Source of the DNA: an uncultured Verrucomicrobiae bacterium
GTDB lineage: Bacteria > Verrucomicrobiota > Verrucomicrobiia > Chthoniobacterales > JAATET01
DNA: 64,000 bases
Reading direction: 5' to 3'
Assembly (NCBI GenBank): GCA_963803825.1
Contig: CAWDOJ010000001.1
Span: 151,102 to 215,101 of the forward strand
Made by a program: the position numbers and the translations under genes. This document shows, one piece after another, positions 37,969 to 48,000 of this stretch. Under the pieces are notes generated by a model. That model was given only the letters and a program-made list of their open reading frames with translations, had not been told where the DNA came from and ran no database searches. Each line of letters opens with the position of its first letter. Position 1 is the stretch's first letter.

Positions 37969-38664
37969 TTAGGGCCGTTTCGCGGAGATCCGCATGACGA
38001 TGGGCATGGGCATGTCGGCGGGCGGCGGGCCGGCGAGACGGAGATTTTTCAAGACGTCGGCGGCGGCACCGCCGCCAGAGACACGGGTGATGCGCCCGCT
38101 GGAGTCGGCCCAAACGCGGATCTCGGTCGACATCGTCAGGCTGCGACTGCGCTTGTCAGTGCGCAGGGCTTGGGCGATGGCAGATTGCACCCCTGCCGCG
38201 TAGTTTCCCCAGACGGTCCCGCCTCCGCCGCCAGCGGTGCGGGATCCGCTGCCTCCGATGCGCATGCCATTGCCCGATCCACTGAGACCAAATCCGTCGG
38301 GTGGGCCGTCGCCTTGGAGGCTGGTGCCCATCGGCTCATCGGGCGGACTCTCCGGTGCGGGTTCGTTCAGGGGAGCGGCCTCCGCCACTGGGTCCTGCAT
38401 GACCATGTCGTCCTCCAGCTCGACTTCGTCCTCCCGCTCGATGGGTTCTGGCGGCGGTGGCGGAGGGGTGGGTGGCGGCGGCGGCGGTGGCGGTGGCAGC
38501 GTGACCATCGTGATGCTCTGCTGCGGGCGGGATGGCTTGGACTCTCCCTCGCCGAACGCGAAGAAGGCAATCGCTCCGACAACGAGCAGCCCGATCACGA
38601 GCAGGACGCCGAATTTTTGGAAAAATCCGCGCTCGTCTTCGTCCTCTTCGTGATACTCCGCCAT
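37969..38664 (-). CDS. tonB: TonB/TolA-like energy transducer
   Basis: ATG at 38664 (MAEYHEEDED). N-terminal TM anchor FGVLLVIGLLVVGAIAFFAFG, a proline spacer PPPPPPPPPTPPPPPPEP, and a small C-terminal alpha/beta domain. Immediately downstream of exbD. Confidence 0.7.
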   Translation of the reverse strand: MAEYHEEDEDERGFFQKFGVLLVIGLLVVGAIAFFAFGEGESKPSRPQQSITMVTLPPPPPPPPPTPPPPPPEPIEREDEVELEDDMVMQDPVAEAAPLNEPAPESPPDEPMGTSLQGDGPPDGFGLSGSGNGMRIGGSGSRTAGGGGGTVWGNYAAGVQSAIAQALRTDKRSRSLTMSTEIRVWADSSGRITRVSGGGAAADVLKNLRLAGPPPADMPMPIVMRISAKRP

Positions 38665-38674
38665 CTTCGTCGAC

Positions 38675-39070
38675 CTACTGGGGTGCCTGGGTCGCAAGAC
38701 CAACCTTCTCGACGCCGACGCGGCCGACGACGTCGAGGACGTTCATGATCTGCTGATACTGCGTGGCGCTGTCGCCCTTCACGACGACCGGGAAATCGGG
38801 CGTCTTCGCTTTCTCTGCAGCGAGGCGGCTCTCGAGCTCATCGAGCGTGACCGGCACCGTGTTCTGAAAGATTTTGCCTTCCGAATTGACCGTGATGGCC
38901 TGGACCTTCGACTCACCGAGTGATGGGGCCTTGCTCGACTTCGGCAGATCGACCTTGGTGCCCTGCACGCCCGCCGTCGTCATGATGATGAAGATGAGAA
39001 GCAACACGAGGTACAGATCCACCATCGGCGTGACGTTGATGTCGTCGTATGACTTGTTGTCGGCGTCCAT
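38675..39070 (-). CDS. exbD: biopolymer transport protein ExbD/TolR
   Basis: DDINVTPMVDLYLVLLLIFIIMTT...KVDLPKSS...ITVNSEGKIF...VVVKGDSATQYQQIMNVLD. Confidence 0.9.
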   Translation of the reverse strand: MDADNKSYDDINVTPMVDLYLVLLLIFIIMTTAGVQGTKVDLPKSSKAPSLGESKVQAITVNSEGKIFQNTVPVTLDELESRLAAEKAKTPDFPVVVKGDSATQYQQIMNVLDVVGRVGVEKVGLATQAPQ

Positions 39071-39079
39071 GGAGGCAGA

Positions 39080-40996
39080 TTAATGGTCGGTCGCTCGCGC
39101 AACATCGGCGTGGGCGGGGGACGGCTGCGGGGACGTTTGGTTACGCTCGGTTGTGGGCACGGGCACGACCGTCGGTTGTGGCGTCGGATAAAACTCCGCC
39201 ATTTTTGCAACGAATTCGTCATTAAACACCTGCATGGAGGCCAACAGGATTTTGATTCGCGAACTCAGAAAGCTGTAAATGAACAGCGCCGGAATGGCGA
39301 CGAGTAGGCCGAACACCGTCGCGAGCAGGGCGCTGGCGATGCCGGGGGCAATCGAGTTCACGTCGACTTCGCCGGACTTCGCGATGATGGCGAACGTAAT
39401 CATGACGCCGACGACCGTGCCGAGCAGTCCGACGTAAGGCCCACCCGCGATGCTGATCGTCAGGTAGATGAGGCCCTTGTTCATCCGGTGGTTCTCGTGA
39501 ACCATCCCGGTCTCCAGGCTGGCCCGGATCGCCTGGATCGATCGGGCAGACAGTCCTTTGTGGCGGTTGCCATTGCCCACGCGGTGGCGGATCTCTTCCG
39601 AGCCGATGTGGTAGAGGTGGTAGACCGGAGACTTGTGCATGAGCTTAGTCGCCTTCGCGCTGACACCCGCCATGATGCCGCCTTCGCGGTCGATGGCGGT
39701 GAGGTCCGACGAGACGTGAGCCCAATGCTTCATGAAGGCCTCGGTGCCCTTCTGGATTCGGTTGAGGTAAGTGTATTTCTGAAATGCGACGGTCCAACCG
39801 AACGCCATCATGAGGCAACAGACGCCCACCGCGATCCAGCCGTCGAACATCATGTCCGCGGCGATGTCGCCGAAGAGCATCACGTGCTCGAGGGCTTGGT
39901 TGTGACCGCCGCCCGCGTGCCCGCTGACCTCGGACTCGCCGGACACGAGAAGCTTGGCCGCAGCGGCGAAGCCCCCTTCGTTGATGGCGAGGAACTTGGC
40001 TTTGCCGAGCGGCAAGGCGGCGTTCTGGATCTGGAGTTCGTCGAGTTCGCCGATGAATTGCGTGTCGCCGGCGTCGACGTCTCCGCCGAGCGTGAGGCCA
40101 CCGGTGAAGGCGGGTAGCGCGCTCTGAATCGTTCCGTAGCTCTCGCCATCGACAAGCAAAGTCGCCGTCCCCAAGTCGACGCTCACCGCGAGGTGCCGCC
40201 ACGTGCCCGCAGCGATCGGGTCGCCGGGGGCGGTCTTCTGGGTCGCTCCAGCGTTTGTGATTTCGAGGTAGGGCACGCCGTTTTCGATGCCGACGACGAA
40301 CGAGTTCGCTTCGGCGCGACGGCTGAAGATGACCGCACTTGGCTGATCGACCACCGGCTTCACCCAGAGCGCTAGACCGGCCCCTTCGCCAGCGCTCCAC
40401 GCGAGAGTCGGCGAAGCGGGCACGTTGATCGAAGTCTGACCGTCGAGTCGGACCCCGCTTCCGATCATCGCACCGGGCACGGCGACGCCGCCATTCTCGG
40501 CGTTGTTTCCAGCCGCCGACGAGTCAACCGGCGACGCGGTCTCAAAGTGGTAGACCAGCACCGTCGAACCCCCGTAGGTCGCGGCGGGATCCTGCACGTT
40601 CTCGACCCCTTCCGCCAGATTGCCGTAGTAGAGCCAGAACTTGAGCGGTGCATCGGCCTGGAGGTCAGCGGCCTTCACCCAAACGAACGCTTCGTTGAGC
40701 AACGCGTCGTACTTCTCGATGTGGTGCGGGACGAGCGTCGTGTCGTCCTCGGCGACGAAGCGAATGTCGCTGCCGTCCGGCTGCGCGGAGGCGAAGTTGA
40801 AGTTGCCATCGTGCAACCGCACCAGCACCGACGTGTCGCCGATTGGATCGCTGATCGCGCCGCCCTTGGGTCCGGCGTCTACCGTGAGCGGCGTCCGGAT
40901 CGTCCATTCCTCGTTCCACCAACCCTCTTCGGCCTGCGCGAAGGTGGTGAAGGCGACGATGGCCAGAGCGGCTCGGAGTAAGACATTTCGTTTCAT
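39080..40996 (-). CDS. exbB: MotA/TolQ/ExbB proton-channel protein fused to N-terminal DUF2341 and LamG (concanavalin-like) domains
   Basis: Signal peptide, then the DUF2341-like start WWNEEWTIRTPLTVDAG...DGSDIRFVAEDDTTLVPHHIEKYD. A LamG-like block follows (STVLVYHFE...GTWRHLAVSVD...FIGELDELQIQNAAL). The C-terminal ExbB core is GLIYLTISIAGGPYVGLLGTVVGVMITF...SIAPGIASALLATVFGLLVAIPALFIYSFL. Confidence 0.88.
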   Translation of the reverse strand: MKRNVLLRAALAIVAFTTFAQAEEGWWNEEWTIRTPLTVDAGPKGGAISDPIGDTSVLVRLHDGNFNFASAQPDGSDIRFVAEDDTTLVPHHIEKYDALLNEAFVWVKAADLQADAPLKFWLYYGNLAEGVENVQDPAATYGGSTVLVYHFETASPVDSSAAGNNAENGGVAVPGAMIGSGVRLDGQTSINVPASPTLAWSAGEGAGLALWVKPVVDQPSAVIFSRRAEANSFVVGIENGVPYLEITNAGATQKTAPGDPIAAGTWRHLAVSVDLGTATLLVDGESYGTIQSALPAFTGGLTLGGDVDAGDTQFIGELDELQIQNAALPLGKAKFLAINEGGFAAAAKLLVSGESEVSGHAGGGHNQALEHVMLFGDIAADMMFDGWIAVGVCCLMMAFGWTVAFQKYTYLNRIQKGTEAFMKHWAHVSSDLTAIDREGGIMAGVSAKATKLMHKSPVYHLYHIGSEEIRHRVGNGNRHKGLSARSIQAIRASLETGMVHENHRMNKGLIYLTISIAGGPYVGLLGTVVGVMITFAIIAKSGEVDVNSIAPGIASALLATVFGLLVAIPALFIYSFLSSRIKILLASMQVFNDEFVAKMAEFYPTPQPTVVPVPTTERNQTSPQPSPAHADVARATDH

Positions 40997-41023
40997 GATG
41001 CGCGGTTCTCGATTTCGAGTGGA

Positions 41024-42634
41024 TTAGAATTCTCCCCAGATGCGGAAGGTCAGTCGCCAATCTCCCTCCTCGGAGTTGGCTTGCGTGATCAGCGGCACGC
41101 CCGCATCGAGCGAGCCGTGGAGGTAGTCAAAAAGTTGGACGCGACTCCCGGCACCGATGCTCGCCAGTGTAAACTGGCTGGTCTGCTGCGGCAGCGGATC
41201 GTTGATCGTCACCGAGCCGTAGTCCCAAAATGCGTAGACCCGCCACTCGTCGATCCCGTAAAAATCCCTCAGCGCGGGCGTCCGCGCCTCGACCGTGCTG
41301 ACGAATGCGTTGTCCCCGAGTGCCTCGGCCTCGAGGTAACCTCGCACCGTGTCGAGGCCGCCGATGGCAAATTGCTCGCTGTCGACCAACGCTTCGCCGC
41401 TGGCTTGCCCCTGGATCTGACCGTAGAGCTGAAATCCGTAGGGCAAATCCTGCGTGTGAGCGAGATCTCCCCGGAAGTAGAAGAACGACCCGTCAGCGTT
41501 GAAGCGGCGATTGTCGAACTCCTGCTCGTTGCTCCCCGCTCCAGAGAACGCCCACGTCACCCCAGCATTGATCTCCGTGATCGATAGCTCCGTCGCTTTC
41601 GCCGCGTTGTAGGACAGCGTGAACGGATAATACGTGATCGGGGTCGCGATGAGCTGGTCGGTGAATTGCAGATCCTGTTCAAGGTGTTTGTAATCAAACC
41701 CGAAGCTGAGCGAGTGGTAGAACCCGTCGTAACGCGACGGGAGAGTGGCCATGAGTCGGCCGCCAATGATCTCGCCATTCCCCGCGACGGCGGAGCCACC
41801 GAGGGTCGAGATGTTACTGTTTTGCCGGGTCGCGGTGAACATCGCGCTCAACCACGGGATCTGCGGGGCACGGGCGATGTAGTAAAACGAGTAGACCTGC
41901 GCGTCGTTGATCTCCTCCGGGGCGATCTGAAAGCTGAACCCGATCGTGTGCCCGAGCTGAAAAAGATTGCCGTAGCTGATGCCGCCGTTGAGTCGGAGCG
42001 GTGTCGTGTTGACGATGTAGCGGTTGTTGAGTTCGAGATTTCCGTGAAGGGGAAATTTGTCTTCGACCGTGAGATCGACGTCGACCGTGCCGGGGTCGAA
42101 GCCCGCATTCAGCGTCGGCGCGACCCGCCGGTCCGCGAGTTGATTGACCTCGACGATCTCGCGGGCCACGTCGTTGAAGTTCGGCACGTTCCCCTCGGCA
42201 AGCGACGGCACGCGTTTTTTGATCTCGTCGATGTCGTAAAATCGCGAACCCCGCACGCGCAATCGCCCGACCGGTGCCTCAACGACGTTGAGCATAATGA
42301 CGCCACCGTTAGCCGCCTGCTCAGGGATCTCGACGGCGACGGATTGAAAACCTTTCTCGTGATAAGCCGCTTCGAGCGCGGCGCGGGCATCTTCGACGTC
42401 CGCTTCCGAGCGCCGAGGCCCCATGTAGGGATAGACAGCCTCCTCGACTTCGATGGCCGGAAGTTTTGTCGAACCGGTCACCCGGTATTCCTGAATGTAG
42501 AGTGAGCCGAGTTCGTCGCCAGATCCATCACCTGTCGTCTGCGCGACAAGGGACCCCGCCGCGATCACGACGAAAAAAGCGAACCCAATTTGGGCCGCTT
42601 GGTGGTAGGAAATCTGACTGCGAAATCGGCTCAC
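41024..42634 (-). CDS. ShlB/FhaC/HecB-family TpsB outer-membrane transporter
   Basis: GTG start. POTRA region YIQEYRVTGSTKLPAIEVEEAVYPYMG...ARAALEAAYHEKGFQSVAVEIPEQAANGGVIMLNVVEAPVGRLRVRGSRFYD. 16-strand-type barrel ending in WRLTFRIWGEF. At 536 aa it is typical TpsB size. Confidence 0.9.
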   Translation of the reverse strand: MSRFRSQISYHQAAQIGFAFFVVIAAGSLVAQTTGDGSGDELGSLYIQEYRVTGSTKLPAIEVEEAVYPYMGPRRSEADVEDARAALEAAYHEKGFQSVAVEIPEQAANGGVIMLNVVEAPVGRLRVRGSRFYDIDEIKKRVPSLAEGNVPNFNDVAREIVEVNQLADRRVAPTLNAGFDPGTVDVDLTVEDKFPLHGNLELNNRYIVNTTPLRLNGGISYGNLFQLGHTIGFSFQIAPEEINDAQVYSFYYIARAPQIPWLSAMFTATRQNSNISTLGGSAVAGNGEIIGGRLMATLPSRYDGFYHSLSFGFDYKHLEQDLQFTDQLIATPITYYPFTLSYNAAKATELSITEINAGVTWAFSGAGSNEQEFDNRRFNADGSFFYFRGDLAHTQDLPYGFQLYGQIQGQASGEALVDSEQFAIGGLDTVRGYLEAEALGDNAFVSTVEARTPALRDFYGIDEWRVYAFWDYGSVTINDPLPQQTSQFTLASIGAGSRVQLFDYLHGSLDAGVPLITQANSEEGDWRLTFRIWGEF

Positions 42635-42673
42635 TTGTTAGCGGGAATCAATTGTCCGTGTGGAAAGCAACGA

Positions 42674-42698
42674 CCAGTGTGGGGATTACCCACACTGG
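42674..42698 (-). promoter_or_regulatory. intercistronic stem-loop between the PBP-like gene and tpsB
   Basis: Perfect 10-bp stem CCAGTGTGGG / CCCACACTGG with a 5-nt loop in the 138-nt gap. The downstream minus-strand tract TCGTTGCTTTCC is only weakly U-rich. Confidence 0.35.
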
Positions 42699-42772
42699 CC
42701 ACTTACTTTGAGGTCAACGATCCATCCCGTCGGCTTGACCGGAGGAAAGCGACCTTTGATTGACTGCCGCTC

Positions 42773-43987
42773 TTAGAGGTAGTTCGGCGTGACCGGGCCT
42801 CCATCGAAGGAGCGCTGGACGCGGATGCCGTTGAAGATCGGATCCGCCTGGCGAATCTCGGTCGACAAGGCGTCGACGAAGTTCTGGACGATCGCCGGGA
42901 GGCCCGTGCGGTTGATCACCTGCTGGAAGGACCAGAGAGTGTAGCGACCTTCCTGGACGTTCACCCGGCTGAAAGGAACACCCTCGTAGGTGAGGATCTT
43001 ACCAGCGCCAGCGCCACCAGTAGCCGTCGTGTCGGCAACATCCTCCGCGTCGTTGATTCCCAGGACGGTGACGTAGCTTCCGCTGATGCCCGCGAGCGTG
43101 CTGCGGCGCATGATGCCGCGCAGGGTGCCGCCGCTGCTGTAACCGCCTTCACCCGGGGCGTAGGCGATGCCGTTGACCGTGCCCGGAGGCGGGGTGACGA
43201 AGAGACGCTGGTTGTCGACCGACGTTCCGTTGGAGTTGAGGATTGCCTCGTATTGCTGCGGGCGATTGTTCACCCCGAAGCCGGTCTCGGCGAGCGTGAG
43301 GAAACGAGTGCCGGAACCAGCGTCACGCCCAAGAGCGTAAAGGAGGTGAGGAACCGCGGTGCCGAAGGTGTTCGTCGCGAACGCGCTCGGGAAGGTCGTC
43401 GTGCGGTCAGCTGCGAGGCCGGTCCCGAAAGCGAGCGGCGCAAAACCGTTGGTGAGGATGAGACGAGCGAGCTGAGCTGTCATGTTTGTTAGCGAGGTGG
43501 AAGCACCGCTGAAGCTGACGACGTATTGAAACGGAATCACACCGACCGGGCGCTCTTGGAGCGTCGGAGAGGTGAAGGGCGTCGAGCGGAACGACACGTC
43601 CGAGAACGCGAAGTCGGGCACGGCGGTGGTAGTTCCCGCCGTTCGGCCGGAGTTACCAGGACCGGTCGTCGTCGTGCTGTCGGGCAGGACCGCAACGTTG
43701 TTGTTACTTTGCAGAACGTTCACCAAGCCGGTGATCGAGCCCGACCAGCCGGTCTTGATGACTAGCGGAGTGCCCCCGAGTGTTCCACGGAAGATCGCTT
43801 GGGAAGCACCCTTGAGGTCACTGCCCACGTAGGCATAGGTCGGGTTGTCCAGCAACGCGAGGATACCATCGTGGGCTTCGCCGCGGAAAGCGGTCGAGCC
43901 AGTGATGACGATTTGCTGCTGGGCGGATGCTGTGCCAGCGAAGGCCAGAGCCGCGACTGCAGCAAGAGATTTGAGTAGTAGTTTCAT
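42773..43987 (-). CDS. secreted protein, possibly PstS-like periplasmic-binding fold (weak)
   Basis: Signal peptide MKLLLKSLAAVAALAFAGTASA. IVITGSTAFRG and GWSGSITGL loosely resemble type-2 PBP motifs. The function is uncertain. Confidence 0.6.
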   Translation of the reverse strand: MKLLLKSLAAVAALAFAGTASAQQQIVITGSTAFRGEAHDGILALLDNPTYAYVGSDLKGASQAIFRGTLGGTPLVIKTGWSGSITGLVNVLQSNNNVAVLPDSTTTTGPGNSGRTAGTTTAVPDFAFSDVSFRSTPFTSPTLQERPVGVIPFQYVVSFSGASTSLTNMTAQLARLILTNGFAPLAFGTGLAADRTTTFPSAFATNTFGTAVPHLLYALGRDAGSGTRFLTLAETGFGVNNRPQQYEAILNSNGTSVDNQRLFVTPPPGTVNGIAYAPGEGGYSSGGTLRGIMRRSTLAGISGSYVTVLGINDAEDVADTTATGGAGAGKILTYEGVPFSRVNVQEGRYTLWSFQQVINRTGLPAIVQNFVDALSTEIRQADPIFNGIRVQRSFDGGPVTPNYL

Positions 43988-44040
43988 TTTTGTTTAGGTG
44001 TTTGCAGGGTTAGTTTCGGGTGATTTGGTAGGTGGATTTC

Positions 44041-44889
44041 TTAAGCTTCGACCTTGGAATTACGACGGCGGAAGTAGACGAACGCGCCAGCGAGAGCCGC
44101 GATGGCCATGAGACCGACGGTGCCCGGCTCCGGGACCGCAGTGAAAGTCACGAGACCAGCCTGGTTGATCGTGAACTGACCAATGAGGTCGCCGGGCGAA
44201 CCGCCCGGGGTCCCGATTGGTGTCGGCGAGATGCGGAACAGATCGAGGGAAGCTCCGGCAACACCGTTGCCAAAGTTATTCTCACCGCCGCCGTTGAAGA
44301 AGTTGTAGGAGGCCGCGTTTGGACCCGCGTCGACTTGAAAGGTGCCGTAGGCATTGCCATTCACTTCCGCCTCGTTCTGGATCAAGCCGACCGTGCTGTT
44401 CAGGGTCGAGAACTTTTGCGCGCCGTTCTGCTCGAACTGGTAGCCGTTGGCCTGACTGGCGAGCTGCGTGCGAGGAAACGACAACGTCGAAAAGGTCTCG
44501 TTGGTCCAGGCGTCGCCACCGGCCCGGTTGGAGTAGTAGATGGTGCGGGGACCGTCCGCGCCGACGGAACCTTGCAGAGCACCACCGGAGGCACTCCAGA
44601 GGACGTCGCTGCGAGTAGACCAATTCGCCCCGTAAAGGACACTGAGATCGGCTCCGGTATTTCCGAGAGTCAAGACGCGGCTCGTGCCAACGGCTTGGTT
44701 CCGGAACGTGGACGCTTGGCCGATGTTGAGAAGGTAGTTGTCGGAGGCTCCGGGGTTGCCGGAAGCGCGAAATCCGATGAACAAATCGCCATCGGTGTAG
44801 GTCGTCGCAGTCTGGGCGGCAAGCGAGCCGGCGGAGAGGCCGAACACGATCGCCACCAAGCTGAGAGCGGAGAGGTGAAGTTTTTTCAT
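44041..44889 (-). CDS. PEP-CTERM sorting-domain secreted protein
   Basis: ATG at 44889 (MKKLHLSALSLVAIVFGLSAGSLAA). C-terminus VPEPGTVGLMAIAALAGAFVYFRRRN. Confidence 0.85.
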   Translation of the reverse strand: MKKLHLSALSLVAIVFGLSAGSLAAQTATTYTDGDLFIGFRASGNPGASDNYLLNIGQASTFRNQAVGTSRVLTLGNTGADLSVLYGANWSTRSDVLWSASGGALQGSVGADGPRTIYYSNRAGGDAWTNETFSTLSFPRTQLASQANGYQFEQNGAQKFSTLNSTVGLIQNEAEVNGNAYGTFQVDAGPNAASYNFFNGGGENNFGNGVAGASLDLFRISPTPIGTPGGSPGDLIGQFTINQAGLVTFTAVPEPGTVGLMAIAALAGAFVYFRRRNSKVEA

Positions 44890-45051
44890 GATTAAGGTTT
44901 GTTGAGTTTTGTCGCGACGGTTGTTTCTCAAACGCCCCCAACAACGGCAAACGATCCAATGTGAAGAATTCGTCACCGAGATCAGCGGGAAGAAAGACAC
45001 TGCGCCCAAGCGCTCTTGATAGCTCGACGCGCACCCAAAACGCGGGCCGTT

Positions 45052-48000
45052 CTAGCGCTCGGCGTCGATCCGAATCCCGATTGGGATCCAAAACGGGGAC
45101 CGCTCAAGGGCAGGAAAAGGCCGAATGGCTCGACGTCCGCCCTCCGTCCCCGTCCACGGGGTCAGAGGCTTCGAGACCTCATCCAAAGCCTTCACGGCGC
45201 CGATTGTATCGCGGACCGGGAGACCGCGAATCCAACCCGCCAGCTTCGGCCAAGTCCCGACCGCCGCGTAGGAGACAGCCTGACCCGAGATGACCGACCG
45301 ACCGGACAAAGCCAACGCCGGAGCCGCTGGGCCGTTCTCGGACAGATAGAGCGTTCCGGACACGGGAAGCGGCCAACCAGCCGCAGAACGAACGGTCAGC
45401 TTCGAGAGCGCCAATCTTCCGGCGATCCGAGGAGCCCCAAGCGCTCCAGCCAGCCTGAGATCTCCCCGTAGCTCTCCCGCGTCTGAACCCGAGCCGAGTC
45501 CGATCCCGTTCTGGAGGTCCACCCGCGCGTCGATCTCCCATCCCGTCCGTGGTGGCTGGGCCGACAGTTCATCTCGCCCGCCCGAGACATCCCTCACGTG
45601 GAGTTCGGCAGAGGCACGATAGGAGCCAGCGAGCCCACCCTCGAGGACTTCGATTGTCCCGGTCACCAAGCCTTGGCCCGGGCGTCCCTTGGCTTCGAGC
45701 TGAACATCCGCGAGCCCGCGGAATCCAAACGCTTCCACCGTCACCCCGCTAGCTCGCAACGCCAATCTCATCGGTTTTTTTTGAGCGACGAGCCACTGCC
45801 CGGAGAATTCCGCTTCCCCGCCACTTACCTTTCCGCGCGCCTCCGCGATCTCGATGCTCGTACCCGCCAGCTGAATTCGCGCGTTCAGATCAGTGACACC
45901 GGGCACGGCGGGGTCGGACAACGCCATAGCTCCATCCGCCAATACTAGCTCCCCGCGAAACTCTGGAGCCGCCACGGTCCCGGCGATCTCAAGCGCCCCC
46001 GAGATCGTTCCAGCAGTCGCGTGGATACCTGGAATCAGCGCCCCAACGACGGACAGATTCGTTCGGGGAATGAAAGTCTTTGCCGCTACCGGGGCTGACT
46101 GGTCAAAGAACCGCGCCCGACCATCCTCGGCAATCTCGAAGCCGAAAGGCATCGTGGCTTCGACCACTAACGGCTCGAACCCCTTCGAATTGATTTCCCC
46201 ATCGACCAGTAGCCGCGACTGTTCCGTCGAAATTGCCAGATCCACCGCTGTTTTCGGCAATTGATAGCCGCTAAATCCAGCCGAGACCTCCCGAGCCGAC
46301 ACCGAACCATCAAGCGCCATCGTGGGCAGAGGCCCGCTTGCTTCGAGCCGGAACTTGACGGTCCCTCCAGCTACCGCGTCCTGCCCAGCCATCGCAACTA
46401 ATTCCGCCAAGGGCAACTCGCCCGAGCCGATCCGCGCGTAGACCGGCTTCTCCAGATCGATCGCGTCGACTGGGCGCTCGCCACGCACCAGCGCAAAAAC
46501 ATTCACCGGCACGAACGCCTCACCGGCGAGCAGTTGGAGCTTCCGCCGCTTGAGATCGAGGTCCGCCAGATTGATGCCCGCGTCCGAGACGGTCAGCCGT
46601 GTATTGAATTCCAACGGGCCGTTTCGCAACCGCAGCTGGCTAAGGTGGACATTATCCGGGGAATACGATCCCTCGAAATCCCCGGTGATGCCCGCTGGCG
46701 TCCAAGGCGTCGCCGCATCGGCCAGCGTCGCTTTGAAGACGCCCGAGTGCGCCGCCCACGTTCCGTCTCCCTGCCACGAGACGGTGAACCCACCGGACTC
46801 GAGCCACTTTGCCGCCAAGCCATCGAGCTTCCCCGTGAACCGCGAAACGTCCGCCATCGTGCCTGCGACCGACCCCGAGTAACGATGCGGCGCAGCTAGA
46901 TCGAGCGACCCCTTTGCCGTCAACCGATCGCCGCCACTCCAGATTTCCGCCGAACGCACTTCAAGTTCCATGTCGCGCAGCTTGGTTGCGAACTTCAACG
47001 AAGCGGGAGGAAGACCTCGCAACGTGAGGCGACTCGCCTCGCCGTTCGCGTATCCGTCGATCCGCCCATCGTCACCGGACACCGACCCGTGCAACGAAAG
47101 TCGGCCCTGCAGGTCGCTCCACCAGTCCCCCGCGAACACCGCCAGCTTGCGCATCTCCCGCACGTCCGCCGACACGTTGAGTAGGAAGTTCGAGTCGAGC
47201 CATCCTGCCTCCCCCCGCGGGACCGCGATCTCGCCGTTGGCCGTCACCCGGTTCTCGCCCGCCGCGAGTTGGAAATTCGAAAAATAAAGCCGCCTCCCGA
47301 TGAAGTTCGCTCCCATCACCAGCGAATCCCAACGCTCGCCCCGCCTAGTCAAGCCCTCGACCTCCAGCCGCAGAGCGATCTCGGAGTCCGCCCACCGACC
47401 CGGTGTCCCCCGCCACGTCACCCGCCCTTCCCGCACCACTCCACCGAACGGCTCGCTCAAACCAATCAATTTAGCAACCGACTCCAGCGGCAGCTCAGCC
47501 GCCGATAGGGCTAAGTCGATCTCCAGTAGACCAGCCCGCGTCGTCAAGGAAACGTCGCCCCGGACGTCCCCGCTCCCGACGCTCAAATCCAAGCTGAGCG
47601 ACGTCCCCGCTGGGTCCGCAACACTGGCGACTAACGTCCGCAGCACGACAGACTCCGCTAGCGCGATATCGCTGAAGAACGCCACCCCGTCTCGCCACGA
47701 CGTCGCTGCGCGCAGCCCCCGCCGGACGTAAGATCGCGCCCCCGCCCGCACCTCGACGGAGCCAACCGTCGCTTTACTGACCGTCGACTCACTCAGTGCG
47801 CCGTTGATCCCCACGAGTTGCAGCGTGCCGTGATCACTCTCGACCCTTGCCACTCCAGAACGCACCGCGAGGGTCAGCGGCAGAAACCGGAGCCGCATCG
47901 CGGCTCTCCGCTCCCGCTCAGCCGGCCCCGTGACCGCAGCCGTAGCCGGACTCCTGACCCCATCCTCCCGGAGATCGATGGACCAGTTCACCGCGACGCC

